DNA of 64,000 bases. It comes from a bacterium (GTDB taxonomy: Bacteria; UBA8248). Numbering within the stretch: the stretch's first letter is position 1; every line of letters begins with the position of its first letter. Location: positions 4,256,001 through 4,320,000 of the forward strand of contig OZ241875.1 of the NCBI GenBank assembly GCA_965203325.1, written 5' to 3'. Both the position numbers and the translations under genes were made by a program. Of the stretch, positions 39,301 to 48,814 are shown one piece after another. The notes under the pieces were generated by a model that did no database searches, was not told the DNA's origin, and was given only the letters and a program-made list of their open reading frames with translations.

Positions 39301-39742
39301 GCAGGACGTCGAGATACTGCCCGTAAAGGGCGCGGAAATTGTTCGGCAGCATGTTCGTGAACATGACGAACAGCGTGTGGAGAAGCGGGAATGCGATCGG
39401 CATCGCGTAGGCGCGGAAATCCGCGAAGATGAGCAGTTTGATGCCGAAAACGAGCACGATGAAAAAAACCAGGACGGTCTTGAACATCGCCGGAATCGAG
39501 AGTTTTTCGGTCAGCGAGGAGTAGAAGGTGCTGATGAAGATGATCATCAGGGCGTTGAATATGTACATATAGGGGAGAAAACCCGGGCCGACTTCCGAGA
39601 GGAACAGGGCTTCGGATACGGTGAGCCCGATGGAGAACTGAATCCCGATCAGGAAATAGAAGAAAAAGAACACCGAGAAGACGAGCAACTCTTCTTCCTG
39701 GATGTTGAAGACTTTTTTGAGGAGTTTCTTCATGCCGGTCAC
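36335..39742 (-). CDS. NTT/TLC-like MFS transporter fused to HEAT repeats and a cNMP-binding domain
   Basis: Multi-TM N-terminus (SEALFLSEVG..LPYMYI), HEAT-like repeats (PEVRARAVELL), and C-terminal IEKALFLKGV...LFEQGD...FGEIALF...RSA. Confidence 0.85.
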   Translation of the reverse strand: MTGMKKLLKKVFNIQEEELLVFSVFFFFYFLIGIQFSIGLTVSEALFLSEVGPGFLPYMYIFNALMIIFISTFYSSLTEKLSIPAMFKTVLVFFIVLVFGIKLLIFADFRAYAMPIAFPLLHTLFVMFTNMLPNNFRALYGQYLDVLQSKRLVPIILTGGRYGGIVGGLAIPLLIPILGSVSNLLYVWIGAIVVSVGVVQYTERRLRDHLIDDAGPKKRKTTKTASKGGNLALMRTNRYVCAFALFSFIVVILRSFQDFQYSLVFREVFPDRAQLASFLGYFTAIGSAFSLLVQTFITPRIIKRLGLGTANLLYPLTTIIGLAGMAISPGFYSAVFLRFNNKNLQESIRNAINALLYNAVSPSIRARVGAFVAGQVVAVASIVSGVALLIIKPTGLALFPLSAGQLALISLFIAFAYLAVGFFVRHEYGAALRRMLEERNLGLFRYAQEGFGPVDDESMAILRKNIREGDDDLCVFTAQMMAESGRSEIFGIILEEIPRRKGGAAAELLKILARAPGADEGEKMRPLLEEYLTCEEPLLQCAAMDAAESIGLTEETAELVHENLESGSPEVRARAVELLVRSDDLFWLANGLQTLHRMLNEEDAAARVCALRCMGELQNPRFIRRLIPYLYQDEEKVREAALEAIEVLAMNQGVDEESMEEVIRVTTSDESAAIRRRGVRQLGNKGSRESFERALTALSDVDFLVRREAVESLKNMKRKGTLSLEGSGVLSFLAPLLSRSAENGSREMSAQEIVDSLSGFAVEHLREVYGVINHLHVIERRENAPAFTMLRKALEDVVAERQLVLLELLGVIGDEKTVDTVSESLARGGSSSRAIAIETLSNFSSAGNTRVLILALEPLLLGRSTADKVSEGRKLWEIPEGSIDEVLTTYMDSENAWLQAIAVDAAGKHLESEPDEATAEWRAQFKARASEGDPYVREAAVVATRIIGKDEDELEAFLRTMENDESRLVRIQTRRDRPRDGAVGEILHGQEKFMLSTIEKALFLKGVNMFETLSADELKILSNISREIQIPEGTVLFEQGDPCDYLYVIVDGEIEIILNQANGAPRILATLGPPTSFGEIALFGDEGRSAGARASRDTSLLGIEKEPLLELIHEHPTISIAIIGQLAGIIRSQNE

Positions 39743-39829
39743 TTATCAAGCGGTGGAGAGGATACTTCGTGAGATTATCGCCTCCCGGAAGCTCCGGAGT
39801 GGAAGCGAACTTGCGCTGTTGATTCTAGC

Positions 39830-41476
39830 CTAGGCTTTTTGAGATTTCCATGAGTAGAACGACAAGGCGTCCTCCGTCCACTGCGCGCAGTTCCGGCTGA
39901 ATCTATCCCATCGGCTGTTGGCGCATTGGGCGCGAACGGGGTCGGCGTTGCCCTCGGCAATGAGGCCGTTGAGCGGCGAGAGGTCGAATTCGGCCCGAAC
40001 GGGCACTCTGCCGCGCTCCTCGGGGCCGAGGAGAGACAAAAAGCGCGCGAACGCGTCGAATGCGCCTCGAATCTTCTCGCACAGGTGCTCCGCGCCTCCC
40101 GCGTATGCGACCAGGGGTGGAACCAAAGGGGCGTAGCGGTTCAGTTCCATGCCACCCTCCGTGCGGTTCGTGATGCTGTCCACGCCGACGACCCCGACCG
40201 AATCCTCCGAGAATTCCACCGGAAAGAGTCTGGCGTAAATCGTTTCCACGACCGGCCCTTCGCGGCTGAGCCTCAGATGAACGCGGACGCTGAACAGGCC
40301 GAAATCGATCCAGTCGCATATCAGCGGAAGGTAGCGCGCGTCGAACACCTGCTCGTAGTTCTCGATGGCGCTCGCCAGGAGGCGAATCGAATCCTCACGC
40401 GTGCGGGACGCTTCGCGCAGTTCGGATTCGAGTCTGGGCGCGCAGTTTTTGAGCATCTGCCCCAAAACGTCCGGGGAAGCGCCGCCTCCCGCCCTTCGGG
40501 TCTTGACGTAGGCTTTCGCGGTCGCCGGGCTTTCCTGGAAGCGGTGAACGAGCCAGTCCATCGCCTGGAGGTGATCGTGGTTTTCCGCGTCGAGAGACAA
40601 GGGGAGGGGAATCGCGTGGTCCGCCGCGACGCCGAGTCTGCTCAAATCCGGAAATCCGAACCCGTTGGGGTAGACGTCCAGCCGAAAGCATCCGCGTCCC
40701 CCGCCGCCTTCCTGCGGTTTGACGAAGAAAGTCCCCGTCCCCCGTTTTTGAGACAGGGCGGAGGCCCTCTCCAGAATGGCGGCGGCGGTCTCCGCAGGTC
40801 TTCCTCCGTTCAGTTCCACCACTTCATAGGCGGCCGTCAGGCGACGCTCGGGACCGCCCGCTTCGGGGTTTTCCGTGTCCGTCCCGTTTCCGTTCAGGAG
40901 TTCGTACGTGGTTTTCTTGTTGGAGAGCGGCCCGCCGGGGGCGGTGAGAGACCCCGGCGCGACGACGATTCCGCGGGCTTCCAGGACCTTGGCGAGGGTG
41001 GCGTCGTAGAGGCTTCTCTGGGCGGTCTGGCTGATGACGAGCAACTCTTTCGGCGCTCTGGCGGCGCGGGCCAGCAGTTCCTCCCGCCGGTTCAGGACCC
41101 TGACGGGGATGGACAACCCGAGTTGTTTCAGGTGCGCCCTCATCACCCGCGCCGTTTCCATGGTGAGGGGGAGCCGGCTCGGGGAGCCGTCCAGCAAAAG
41201 GATTTCTCCCGGACGCCGAATGGGCGGCGCGTCTTCCAGAATGCGCAAGTCTGCGAAACGGGGTTCGCGCGACGCCCAGAGGTTGAGGCTTTCGATCAGC
41301 GTTTCGTTCAGATCGCCGTCAGGCGAGTCGAACTCCCGGCTCACGCGGTACAGGTCCCAGACGCCGCCGCTCGCATCGGGCGTGAGATTGTAGAGAGCGG
41401 GTTCCCGCGCGATGCGGGGATGGTTTGATGGTTTGCGCGAGGTCAAGGTTTCGTTCTCGATGCCTAAAACACCCAC
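39830..41476 (-). CDS. Divergent ATP-grasp-fold protein
   Basis: SNKKTTY, FFVKPQEGGGGRG and late EFDL...AEGNAD, matching ATP-grasp Lys1/Lys2/ExN positions. Confidence 0.65.
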   Translation of the reverse strand: MGVLGIENETLTSRKPSNHPRIAREPALYNLTPDASGGVWDLYRVSREFDSPDGDLNETLIESLNLWASREPRFADLRILEDAPPIRRPGEILLLDGSPSRLPLTMETARVMRAHLKQLGLSIPVRVLNRREELLARAARAPKELLVISQTAQRSLYDATLAKVLEARGIVVAPGSLTAPGGPLSNKKTTYELLNGNGTDTENPEAGGPERRLTAAYEVVELNGGRPAETAAAILERASALSQKRGTGTFFVKPQEGGGGRGCFRLDVYPNGFGFPDLSRLGVAADHAIPLPLSLDAENHDHLQAMDWLVHRFQESPATAKAYVKTRRAGGGASPDVLGQMLKNCAPRLESELREASRTREDSIRLLASAIENYEQVFDARYLPLICDWIDFGLFSVRVHLRLSREGPVVETIYARLFPVEFSEDSVGVVGVDSITNRTEGGMELNRYAPLVPPLVAYAGGAEHLCEKIRGAFDAFARFLSLLGPEERGRVPVRAEFDLSPLNGLIAEGNADPVRAQCANSRWDRFSRNCAQWTEDALSFYSWKSQKA

Positions 41477-42633
41477 TTGCGCTGGCGCATGAAGTGTTTG
41501 ATCACCCAGTCCGCAATGGCGCCGCCCACGGCATTGTCGGTCGCAAGGGAAGAGGGGTTCGGGGCGATGCAGCTCAGGGCGCGTATCCCCGTCATACGAT
41601 ACGCCTCCTCGCGCGCGTGCGCTTCGTTGGCGAGCCTTCCGGAAATGAGCATGTTTTCCTCCTCCACCCCCAGGTGGCTTCGGATCCAGTGGACGATGAG
41701 CGTTGATTCCAGCGTATCACATGCGCAGACGATCAACCCTCTGCGCGAGAGCCAGTCTTTGACCCAGGGGTCGCTCGCCACGTGAAGGCTGGCGTCCGAG
41801 GAGGGAGAATCCGCCAGTTCCGCGATGACGATTTCCGCCTTGGCGCATGCGTGGCGTAGCAGGTTTTGGGCGCATCGCCTGACCTTGTGCCTGGAGACGC
41901 CGCACGTGGAGGCAAGGCCCGCATCGACGAAATCCCAGCCGAGTCTCGCGGAATCGAAAAACCCGAGCGGTCTTCCGTAGTTCACTTGCATGAGGTCCCG
42001 CATCCGGCCGGTTCCCGTGAGTTTCACGTATGAAACGTGAATGCCCGAGGAGTGCAGGGCGGAGGCGAGCGAAGACGCGCAGGTCGTTTTGCCCACGTCC
42101 ATATCGGAGCCGGTGACCAGGATGATGGGAGCGCAGGGAACTCCCTCTTCATCCACGGGGCAGCGGGTATCGGGAATGACGGGGAGATGAGAAAGCAGAG
42201 CGGGTTCGCCTCGATGCGCGACGCCCCCTTTCACCTCTATTCTCACGCACGGCGTTTCGGGGTTCGTGCGGATCCCGCAGACGCCGCCGACATTCAACAG
42301 GTCGAGCACGGTTCCGGGTGCTGCGGGAGAGTCCGGCTCACGGCCCGAAACGCTGCGATTCGCATATCGCCCGCCGATCACAACGACCACGTTCATCTTT
42401 TCGCGCAATTTTGCTTCGCTCGTCATCCAGGCATCTTGCGTCCCCTGGAGGACTTCGAGTGTTTCCAGGCGATCGACGGGAGCGTTCTTCGGCGCTGCGA
42501 CGACTTCACCCAGCGCGATTCCGTTCGAGGGAACGGCCCTGGGGTCGGGCGTGAAATCCGCATCGAACGCATACGGGATTTCAGGCGACAGGAACAATCC
42601 TCGGGCGGTGGATGCGAAAAAGTCCGGTTTCAA
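41464..42633 (-). CDS. DUF1611-like P-loop protein
   Basis: GGRYA, LLNVGGVCG, TGSDMDVGKTT, KLTGTGRMRD, DFVDAGLAST and ELAD. Confidence 0.78.
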   Translation of the reverse strand: MKPDFFASTARGLFLSPEIPYAFDADFTPDPRAVPSNGIALGEVVAAPKNAPVDRLETLEVLQGTQDAWMTSEAKLREKMNVVVVIGGRYANRSVSGREPDSPAAPGTVLDLLNVGGVCGIRTNPETPCVRIEVKGGVAHRGEPALLSHLPVIPDTRCPVDEEGVPCAPIILVTGSDMDVGKTTCASSLASALHSSGIHVSYVKLTGTGRMRDLMQVNYGRPLGFFDSARLGWDFVDAGLASTCGVSRHKVRRCAQNLLRHACAKAEIVIAELADSPSSDASLHVASDPWVKDWLSRRGLIVCACDTLESTLIVHWIRSHLGVEEENMLISGRLANEAHAREEAYRMTGIRALSCIAPNPSSLATDNAVGGAIADWVIKHFMRQRKWVF

Positions 42634-42646
42634 TTTTCACCATGTC

Positions 42647-44137
42647 CTAAGCGGGAGAAAGAGCGAGACGGCGCGTGAATGTATCTATCATTTCCCGGGC
42701 GGCGGGGGATATCTGCTCTTCTCCCTCTTCATAATAGATGGATGAGACGCCCTCGAGCTTACAGAATGCTCCCCTCGGCTCTACTATGGTGCCTTTCGCC
42801 GGGGGAGAGCAAGTGACGAGCACCTCATCCTGGTCTTGAACGTCGCTCAGGCGATAACCCCGCCGGATGAATTCGGGCCTCCCGTTTTGGACGGTGTAGA
42901 TTCCGGGTTCCAGCGAATAACCGATTCGCGCTCTCGAAGGGCTCGTGTTTCGAATCAAAAGCTGAAAACCGGATAAATCCGATCGGCCGAGTTCGGCGAG
43001 CGAATCCCGGTGTGCGTCGAGAGCGGCGCCCGGCTTCAGGAATTCGGCCAGATGCCAGTAGGTGGTGGTGGGTGCGTCGCCGTGTATTTCCTCGAGCTCG
43101 GTCATCAGTTGCGTGGTTCCCAGCACGCGCGGGTTGAGTTCGAGGGCATAGGGTTCGTCCCGATGGACGATGAAATCGACGCCGTATATCCCCCGGTAGC
43201 CCGCACGGGCTATCCACTCTCCGATTTTCAGGGTGAATTCCTCGATTTTTCGCCGGCTCCTTTCGGAAACCAGCCGATACGCCGCATAGTCGCTTCCGGC
43301 ATAGTCGAAGCGGTGCATGGAGCAGCCGGGAATTCCCGTGAACATCACCGAAGGGTGGGACATCCGGGGTTTCCCGTCATAAATCAACCCCGCCGTTCCC
43401 AGGGCGGGGCCGCTCAGAAACGCGCTCACGATCACCGGCGCATCGGGGCCCAGTTTTTCGGTGAGTTCATCCCGTTTGTTCGCGAGCGCCTCGGATGAGT
43501 CGATGAGGTGCGTCTGGTTGCCCGAGGAGCCGATTCGCTCCGAAATGATCATGACCGGCCCGAATTGATCAAGTTGTTTGGGTCCGAGTTCGCCCAGGGC
43601 CACCACGTCCCCCGGGGGAACGGCGAACCCCGCTTCGACCGCTTGGCGCCGGAACGCTATCTTGTCATCGAATCTCGTCTTGATTTCCACCGGGTTCGCC
43701 AGGATGTGGAGCCTGCCGTCGGCTTCTTCTGCGAGTTTGCCGAGGAATTCCGTGGAGCGGTAGGGGATGACGTATCGGGGAGCGTCCCCTTGTGAGAGAA
43801 ATTCCCGGATTTGAGAGCCCAGGGCGCCTTCATAGGCTTCTACGAGTGATGAATGGGTCCATACGATTCGTCTGTTCCGCCCGCGCTCCACGGCGAAATA
43901 GCGCAGGCGCCTGTCCCATTCGGGCCCGTCGAGACCGTAGTCACAGGCGATGAGGAAATCGAGGGGGACGATGTTTTCCACCGTGATCGAATCGACCGCG
44001 CGCAGCCCCTGAAAGCCGAACGTCGAGCCGTCCGGAACGGCGGAGGTCAGCGCTTCTTTGAAACTGTCTTTTGCATGACGAGACAAGGAAAAGCATCCTT
44101 CATGGAGAATCAATGATGAATGTCCAGACGGCGCCAA
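42647..44137 (-). CDS. ATP-grasp peptide/amide ligase-like protein
   Basis: FDDKIAFR, GSSGNQTHLI, GYRGIYGVDF and ELNPR. Confidence 0.8.
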   Translation of the reverse strand: MAPSGHSSLILHEGCFSLSRHAKDSFKEALTSAVPDGSTFGFQGLRAVDSITVENIVPLDFLIACDYGLDGPEWDRRLRYFAVERGRNRRIVWTHSSLVEAYEGALGSQIREFLSQGDAPRYVIPYRSTEFLGKLAEEADGRLHILANPVEIKTRFDDKIAFRRQAVEAGFAVPPGDVVALGELGPKQLDQFGPVMIISERIGSSGNQTHLIDSSEALANKRDELTEKLGPDAPVIVSAFLSGPALGTAGLIYDGKPRMSHPSVMFTGIPGCSMHRFDYAGSDYAAYRLVSERSRRKIEEFTLKIGEWIARAGYRGIYGVDFIVHRDEPYALELNPRVLGTTQLMTELEEIHGDAPTTTYWHLAEFLKPGAALDAHRDSLAELGRSDLSGFQLLIRNTSPSRARIGYSLEPGIYTVQNGRPEFIRRGYRLSDVQDQDEVLVTCSPPAKGTIVEPRGAFCKLEGVSSIYYEEGEEQISPAAREMIDTFTRRLALSPA

Positions 44138-44310
44138 AATGAAAACAGGCGATTCTAATTCGATAGCCTCGCGGATATCAACATAATAATACGGCGTTTC
44201 GGAAAACGATCGGTGTCACTCCCGGGAGCTTCTGCAACGCGCAGCGCGCTATGCTAGGATACGGGGCGTTTCAGCCGAAAAATGACACACTCATGCGTGA
44301 GAGTGGATGT

Positions 44311-45243
44311 ATGTCCGTAGAGAGAAACATGCCCGAATCGGCGTTGGATACCGATGAATACCCGATGATGTCGGAATCGGAGCTCAGGTGGGAGAAATTC
44401 CGCCGGAGTTTGGTGCGCGCCAAACCGGCGATGCTCGGAGGCGTTTTTCTCATCCTGCTGGTGGTCGTTTCTCTTTCCGCCCCCCTCATCGCGCCGCAAG
44501 ACCCGAGCCTGGTGGACGTCAACCTGCGCCTGAAGCCTCCCGTGTGGGAGGAGGGCGGGAGCGTGAGCTACCCCCTGGGAACCGACGCGCTGGGCCGGGA
44601 CATTCTGAGCCGGCTCATGTACGGGGGCCGCGTCTCCATTCTGGTGGGCTTGAGTTCGGTGGTGATTTCGGGGGTCATCGGCATCGTCCTGGGCCTTGTC
44701 TCGGGTTTTTTCGGCGGGAAAATCGACGATCTCATCAGCGGGTTTTCCGAAATCCAACTGGCGTTTCCCTTCATTCTGCTGGCCCTCACGATCATGGCGG
44801 TCGTCGGGCCGGGCCTGCTCAACATCATCGTGGTGCTGGGGATCAGCCGGTGGGTGGCGTACGGCCGCGTGGTGAGAGGACAGGTCATCTCGATAAGGGA
44901 GCGCGAATTCGTGGAGGCCACGCGCGCCCTGGGTTACCCTTTGTACCGCATATTGTTCATGCAGATTCTGCCCAACACCTTATCTCCGCTGATCGTCATC
45001 GCCACCTTCGCCGTGGCGGGGAACATCATTTCCGAATCCTCGCTGAGTTTCCTCGGGCTCGGCGTACCGCCCTCGGTCGTCACCTGGGGGGGCATGTTGT
45101 CCGAGGGACGCGAATATCTGAGAGGCGCGTGGTGGATGGCGACTTTTCCGGGTCTCGCCATCATGGCGACGGTTCTGAGCATCAACCTTATCGGCGACTG
45201 GCTGCGGGACTACATGGACCCCCGCCTCGGCGATGATATGTAG
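44311..45243 (+). CDS. dppC: Peptide ABC transporter permease (DppC/OppC)
   Basis: LGTDALGRD, EFVEATRALG and ESSLSFLGLG. Start uncertain (44251-44328). Confidence 0.92.
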   Translation: MSVERNMPESALDTDEYPMMSESELRWEKFRRSLVRAKPAMLGGVFLILLVVVSLSAPLIAPQDPSLVDVNLRLKPPVWEEGGSVSYPLGTDALGRDILSRLMYGGRVSILVGLSSVVISGVIGIVLGLVSGFFGGKIDDLISGFSEIQLAFPFILLALTIMAVVGPGLLNIIVVLGISRWVAYGRVVRGQVISIREREFVEATRALGYPLYRILFMQILPNTLSPLIVIATFAVAGNIISESSLSFLGLGVPPSVVTWGGMLSEGREYLRGAWWMATFPGLAIMATVLSINLIGDWLRDYMDPRLGDDM

Positions 45244-45264
45244 GTTTCTGAAGGGAATTCGTGC

Positions 45265-46812
45265 ATGAAAAGGGCCTTGTTGTGCGGATGTTGTCTGCTG
45301 CTCGTGGCGCTCGCCGCCTGCGGCCGCGAAGCGAAAGAGGGTCCCTTCACGGTTCTCCTCTCGGTGGAGGCCAATACGCTCGACCCCCATTTCGCGACGG
45401 CCACCATCGAGTGGAGCATATTGATGAACATGTTCGACCCGCTCATCGAACGGCGCGGCGATATGACGCTGGGCCCCGCCCTGGCCGAACGCTGGGAGGT
45501 GGACGAGACGAAAAAAATCTGGACGTTTCATCTTCGCAAAGGGGTGAAGTTTCATAACGGCGAACCTTTCGATGCGGAATCCGTGCGCTACACGTTCGAG
45601 CGCATGCGCGATAAAAAGCTCAAGCCCCGCATCACGGTTTACCGGAGGATTTTCCTGGACAGGGTGGAAAAAGTGGACTCCCACACCGTGAAGATTCATA
45701 CGAAGCGCCCGGTCGCCACCCTGCCGGTGTGGATGGTGAACGCGTTCATGCTGCCGCCCAAGTATTATTCGTCGACCCCGCCCAAGGAATTGTTGAAGAA
45801 ACCCGTGGGCTCGGGACCCTACAAGCTGGTGAAATGGGTCAAGGACGACCGCATCGAGATGGCGGCCAACGAGGGCTGGTGGCGGGGTGAGCCTGCGATA
45901 AAAAAAGCGGTCTGGCGGCCGGTGGCCGAGGCTTCGGCCCGCATAGGGGAGCTTGAGACGGGCGGGGCCGACGTCATCATGAATATCTCGCCCGATCAGT
46001 CGAAAACCATTCTGTCGAGAGAAGAGGGTCTCCAGCTTAAAGGTGCTCGGGGGGGACGCAGGATTTATCTGGGAATTCGCACGGATCACGGGGTGCTCGG
46101 CGATGCGCGCGTCCGCCGGGCGCTGAACCACGCGATTGATTTCGAGGCCGTCGTCAGGAACGTTTTTCTGGGCCATGGCTCGCGGATGCGCAGCATCGTC
46201 AATCCCCCGAACGCCGCCCCGAACATCAAGGCGTACGCCTACGATCCCCCAAAGGCGAAAGCGCTCCTCGCCGAGGCCGGTCTCAAGGATACGAATGGGG
46301 ACGGTGTCCTGGAAGCGAATGGAAAGCCATTTGAGGTGAAACTTGAAGTACCCGCTTCCAGATATTTGAAAGGAAAGGAGATGGCGGAATTTATAGCAGC
46401 TTATTTCCGCGACGTGGGCGTCCACGTGGAAGTGATTCCCCTGGAGTGGTCCGTTTTCCTCGCCAGAAGGAGAAAAAAGACGCTGGCGCCCTTGTATTTT
46501 CACGGGTTCAGTTCCGCCTTCAACGAAGAACTCGACCTGGGTGTATTGAGGCCGAACCTTTTCGCGAACCTCACCGCCTGGAGGAACCGGAAGTTTATTC
46601 AAAATTACAAGAAGTTGGGCCAGACGTTCGACCCCGCCGAGCGCAAGCGGATCAGCTACCGGATGCAGCGCATCGTTCACGAGGAAAGTCCGTGGGTGTT
46701 TCTCTGGAACCAGTATGATTTTTTCGGCCTGAGCGCGAGGACGCAGTGGACGCCGAGGCCGGATGAGAGAATCTACCTGCCCACGATTCGCTTGAAAGAG
46801 GCGAAAGAATAG
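45265..46812 (+). CDS. Peptide ABC transporter substrate-binding lipoprotein (family 5)
   Basis: Lipobox LAAC, TLDP, FHLRKGVKFHNG, PVGSGPY and RVRRALNHAID. Confidence 0.92.
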   Translation: MKRALLCGCCLLLVALAACGREAKEGPFTVLLSVEANTLDPHFATATIEWSILMNMFDPLIERRGDMTLGPALAERWEVDETKKIWTFHLRKGVKFHNGEPFDAESVRYTFERMRDKKLKPRITVYRRIFLDRVEKVDSHTVKIHTKRPVATLPVWMVNAFMLPPKYYSSTPPKELLKKPVGSGPYKLVKWVKDDRIEMAANEGWWRGEPAIKKAVWRPVAEASARIGELETGGADVIMNISPDQSKTILSREEGLQLKGARGGRRIYLGIRTDHGVLGDARVRRALNHAIDFEAVVRNVFLGHGSRMRSIVNPPNAAPNIKAYAYDPPKAKALLAEAGLKDTNGDGVLEANGKPFEVKLEVPASRYLKGKEMAEFIAAYFRDVGVHVEVIPLEWSVFLARRRKKTLAPLYFHGFSSAFNEELDLGVLRPNLFANLTAWRNRKFIQNYKKLGQTFDPAERKRISYRMQRIVHEESPWVFLWNQYDFFGLSARTQWTPRPDERIYLPTIRLKEAKE

Positions 46813-46815
46813 ACG

Positions 46816-47733
46816 ATGAGCGCCTATCTTTTCAGACGATTTCTTCGGGCCGTCGTGGTCGTGGTCGGCGTGAGCTTCATCTCGTTCGCCGTCTTGTTCC
46901 TATCGGGCGACCCGACCGACACCATGGTGGGCGAGGACTGGACGGTCGAGGAGGTACAGAAACTCAAAAAAGACTTGGGTCTGGACAAGCCCTGGTTCGT
47001 TCAATACACGCTCTACGTGGGCAGGGCGGTGCAGGGTGATTTCGGAGAAAGCCTGCGCTACCGCCAGCCCGCGTTCGAACTCATCATGGAGCGTCTGCCG
47101 GCGACGCTGGAACTCGCTCTCGTGGCGCTGGTTCTCTCGATTATCCTGGCGTTTCCGGTAGGAGTCATCAGCGCGACGAAACGCGGCTCTCCGTATGATC
47201 ACGGGGGGATGCTATTCGCGCTCCTGGGGCAGTCCATGCCCGTTTTCTGGCTCGGCTTGATGCTCATCCTCATCTTCGGGGTGGGTCTGCGGTGGCTGCC
47301 CGTCAGCGGAAGAAGCGGCTGGGAGCATCTGGTGCTGCCCGCCATCGCGCTTTCCACCTACTCGATTGCGAGAAACGCGCGGGTGGTCCGAAGCTCCATG
47401 CTCGAGGTTCTGCGGCATGAATACGTGAAGACCGCCCGGGCGAAGGGACTCTCCGAGTGGGTCGTCGTCAACCTGCACGTGCTCAGGAATTCCATGATTC
47501 CGGTGATCACCATCATCGGCCTCGAATTCGGGCATCTGCTGGGGGGTGCTGTGATCGTCGAGACGATTTTCTCCTGGCCGGGGGTGGGAAGGCTCCTGAT
47601 CCAGGCCGTCTACGCCAAGGATTTCCCCCTGGTGCAGGCCTCGGTGACCATCACCGCTCTGATTTTCGTGTCATTGAACCTCATCGTTGACCTGATGTAT
47701 TCCGTCCTCGACCCAAGGGTGAGACTCCATTGA
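46816..47733 (+). CDS. dppB: Peptide ABC transporter permease (DppB/OppB)
   Basis: GDFGES, RLPATLEL, YVKTARAKGL and ETIFSWPG. Confidence 0.93.
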   Translation: MSAYLFRRFLRAVVVVVGVSFISFAVLFLSGDPTDTMVGEDWTVEEVQKLKKDLGLDKPWFVQYTLYVGRAVQGDFGESLRYRQPAFELIMERLPATLELALVALVLSIILAFPVGVISATKRGSPYDHGGMLFALLGQSMPVFWLGLMLILIFGVGLRWLPVSGRSGWEHLVLPAIALSTYSIARNARVVRSSMLEVLRHEYVKTARAKGLSEWVVVNLHVLRNSMIPVITIIGLEFGHLLGGAVIVETIFSWPGVGRLLIQAVYAKDFPLVQASVTITALIFVSLNLIVDLMYSVLDPRVRLH

Positions 47734-48668
47734 GCCGGACCGCGTATTTCTGGACACCCGAATCTCTCATGCACGACAACGGCCGGCATGTGGAGAACGT
47801 CGAGCGCGCCAAACGCCTGGCGCCCGAGAGAATACTCCCCCAAGTCCCGTCGCTCCGACACATGGAGATTACACCGCACGACGCTAAGGAGTGGGTTCTG
47901 AGGGTGCATGAGGAATCGCACCACCGCTTCGTGCGCGAAGCGTGTGACGGCGGCAGGTGTATTCTCGATGGCGGAGATACGCTGGCGGGTCCGGGAAGCT
48001 ATGAGGCCGCCCTCGCCGCTGTCGATGCGGCCCTGAGCGCGGCGGATGCCGTCGTGGGTGGGGAGGCCGATAACGCCTTTTGCGCCGCGAGGCCTCCGGG
48101 ACACCACGCCTTGCCCCATCAGTCGATGGGTTTTTGCCTGTTCGCTACCGCTTCCATCCTGGTTCGGTATCTGCAGGAAAAACACGGCCTCCGGAGAATC
48201 GCCGTGGTGGATTGGGACGTGCATCACGGAAACGGCACGCAGGATACCTTCTGGCGAGATCCGGATGTTTTTTTCGTCTCCTTGCATCAGCATCCCCACT
48301 ATCCGGGCACGGGGCTCTCGGGCGAGACGGGGGAGGGAGCGGGCGAGGGTGCGACGCTCAACATTCCCGTCGCGGCGAGAACGCCCGAGGAGGAATACTT
48401 GGCGAAATTTCAGGAAAGCGTTATCCTCGCCATCGAGGCGCACGCGCCCGAAGCGATCATCGTATCGGCGGGTTTCGACGCGCACCGCGACGACCCGCTC
48501 GGAGGGCTGATGATCACCGAAGCCGGGTTCGCCCGCCTGACCGGATGGGTGAAGACGCTTGCCGAAAGCCTCTGCGGGGGGCGGCTTATCTGTCTTCTCG
48601 AAGGCGGATACAACCTCGACGCATTGGAGCGCTCCGTCGTCGCGCACTTGCGAGAACTTTCGGGGTAA
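47730..48668 (+). CDS. Histone deacetylase-family Zn amidohydrolase
   Basis: RPPGHHA, DWDVHHGNGTQ, SAGFDAH and LEGGY. Overlaps the permease by 4 bp. Confidence 0.94.
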   Translation: MSRTAYFWTPESLMHDNGRHVENVERAKRLAPERILPQVPSLRHMEITPHDAKEWVLRVHEESHHRFVREACDGGRCILDGGDTLAGPGSYEAALAAVDAALSAADAVVGGEADNAFCAARPPGHHALPHQSMGFCLFATASILVRYLQEKHGLRRIAVVDWDVHHGNGTQDTFWRDPDVFFVSLHQHPHYPGTGLSGETGEGAGEGATLNIPVAARTPEEEYLAKFQESVILAIEAHAPEAIIVSAGFDAHRDDPLGGLMITEAGFARLTGWVKTLAESLCGGRLICLLEGGYNLDALERSVVAHLRELSG

Positions 48669-48705
48669 CGGATTTGCACACCGGGCTTACAGACAGCCCA
48701 AAAAT

Positions 48706-48739
48706 TTAGTTGACTAACTAACTAAAAAAGATTTATATT
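48706..48739 (+). promoter_or_regulatory. Sigma70 promoter with overlapping palindrome (candidate TetR operator)
   Basis: TTGACT-N18-TATATT, with TTAGT-TG-ACTAA and ACTA repeats covering the -35. Confidence 0.55.
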
Positions 48740-48814
48740 CCATATAGCTTGTGGAACTGGCTTCGGCGTATTGGTTCGATGAACTGGATTTTCAACTTAC
48801 CGGGGGGAGAGGGT

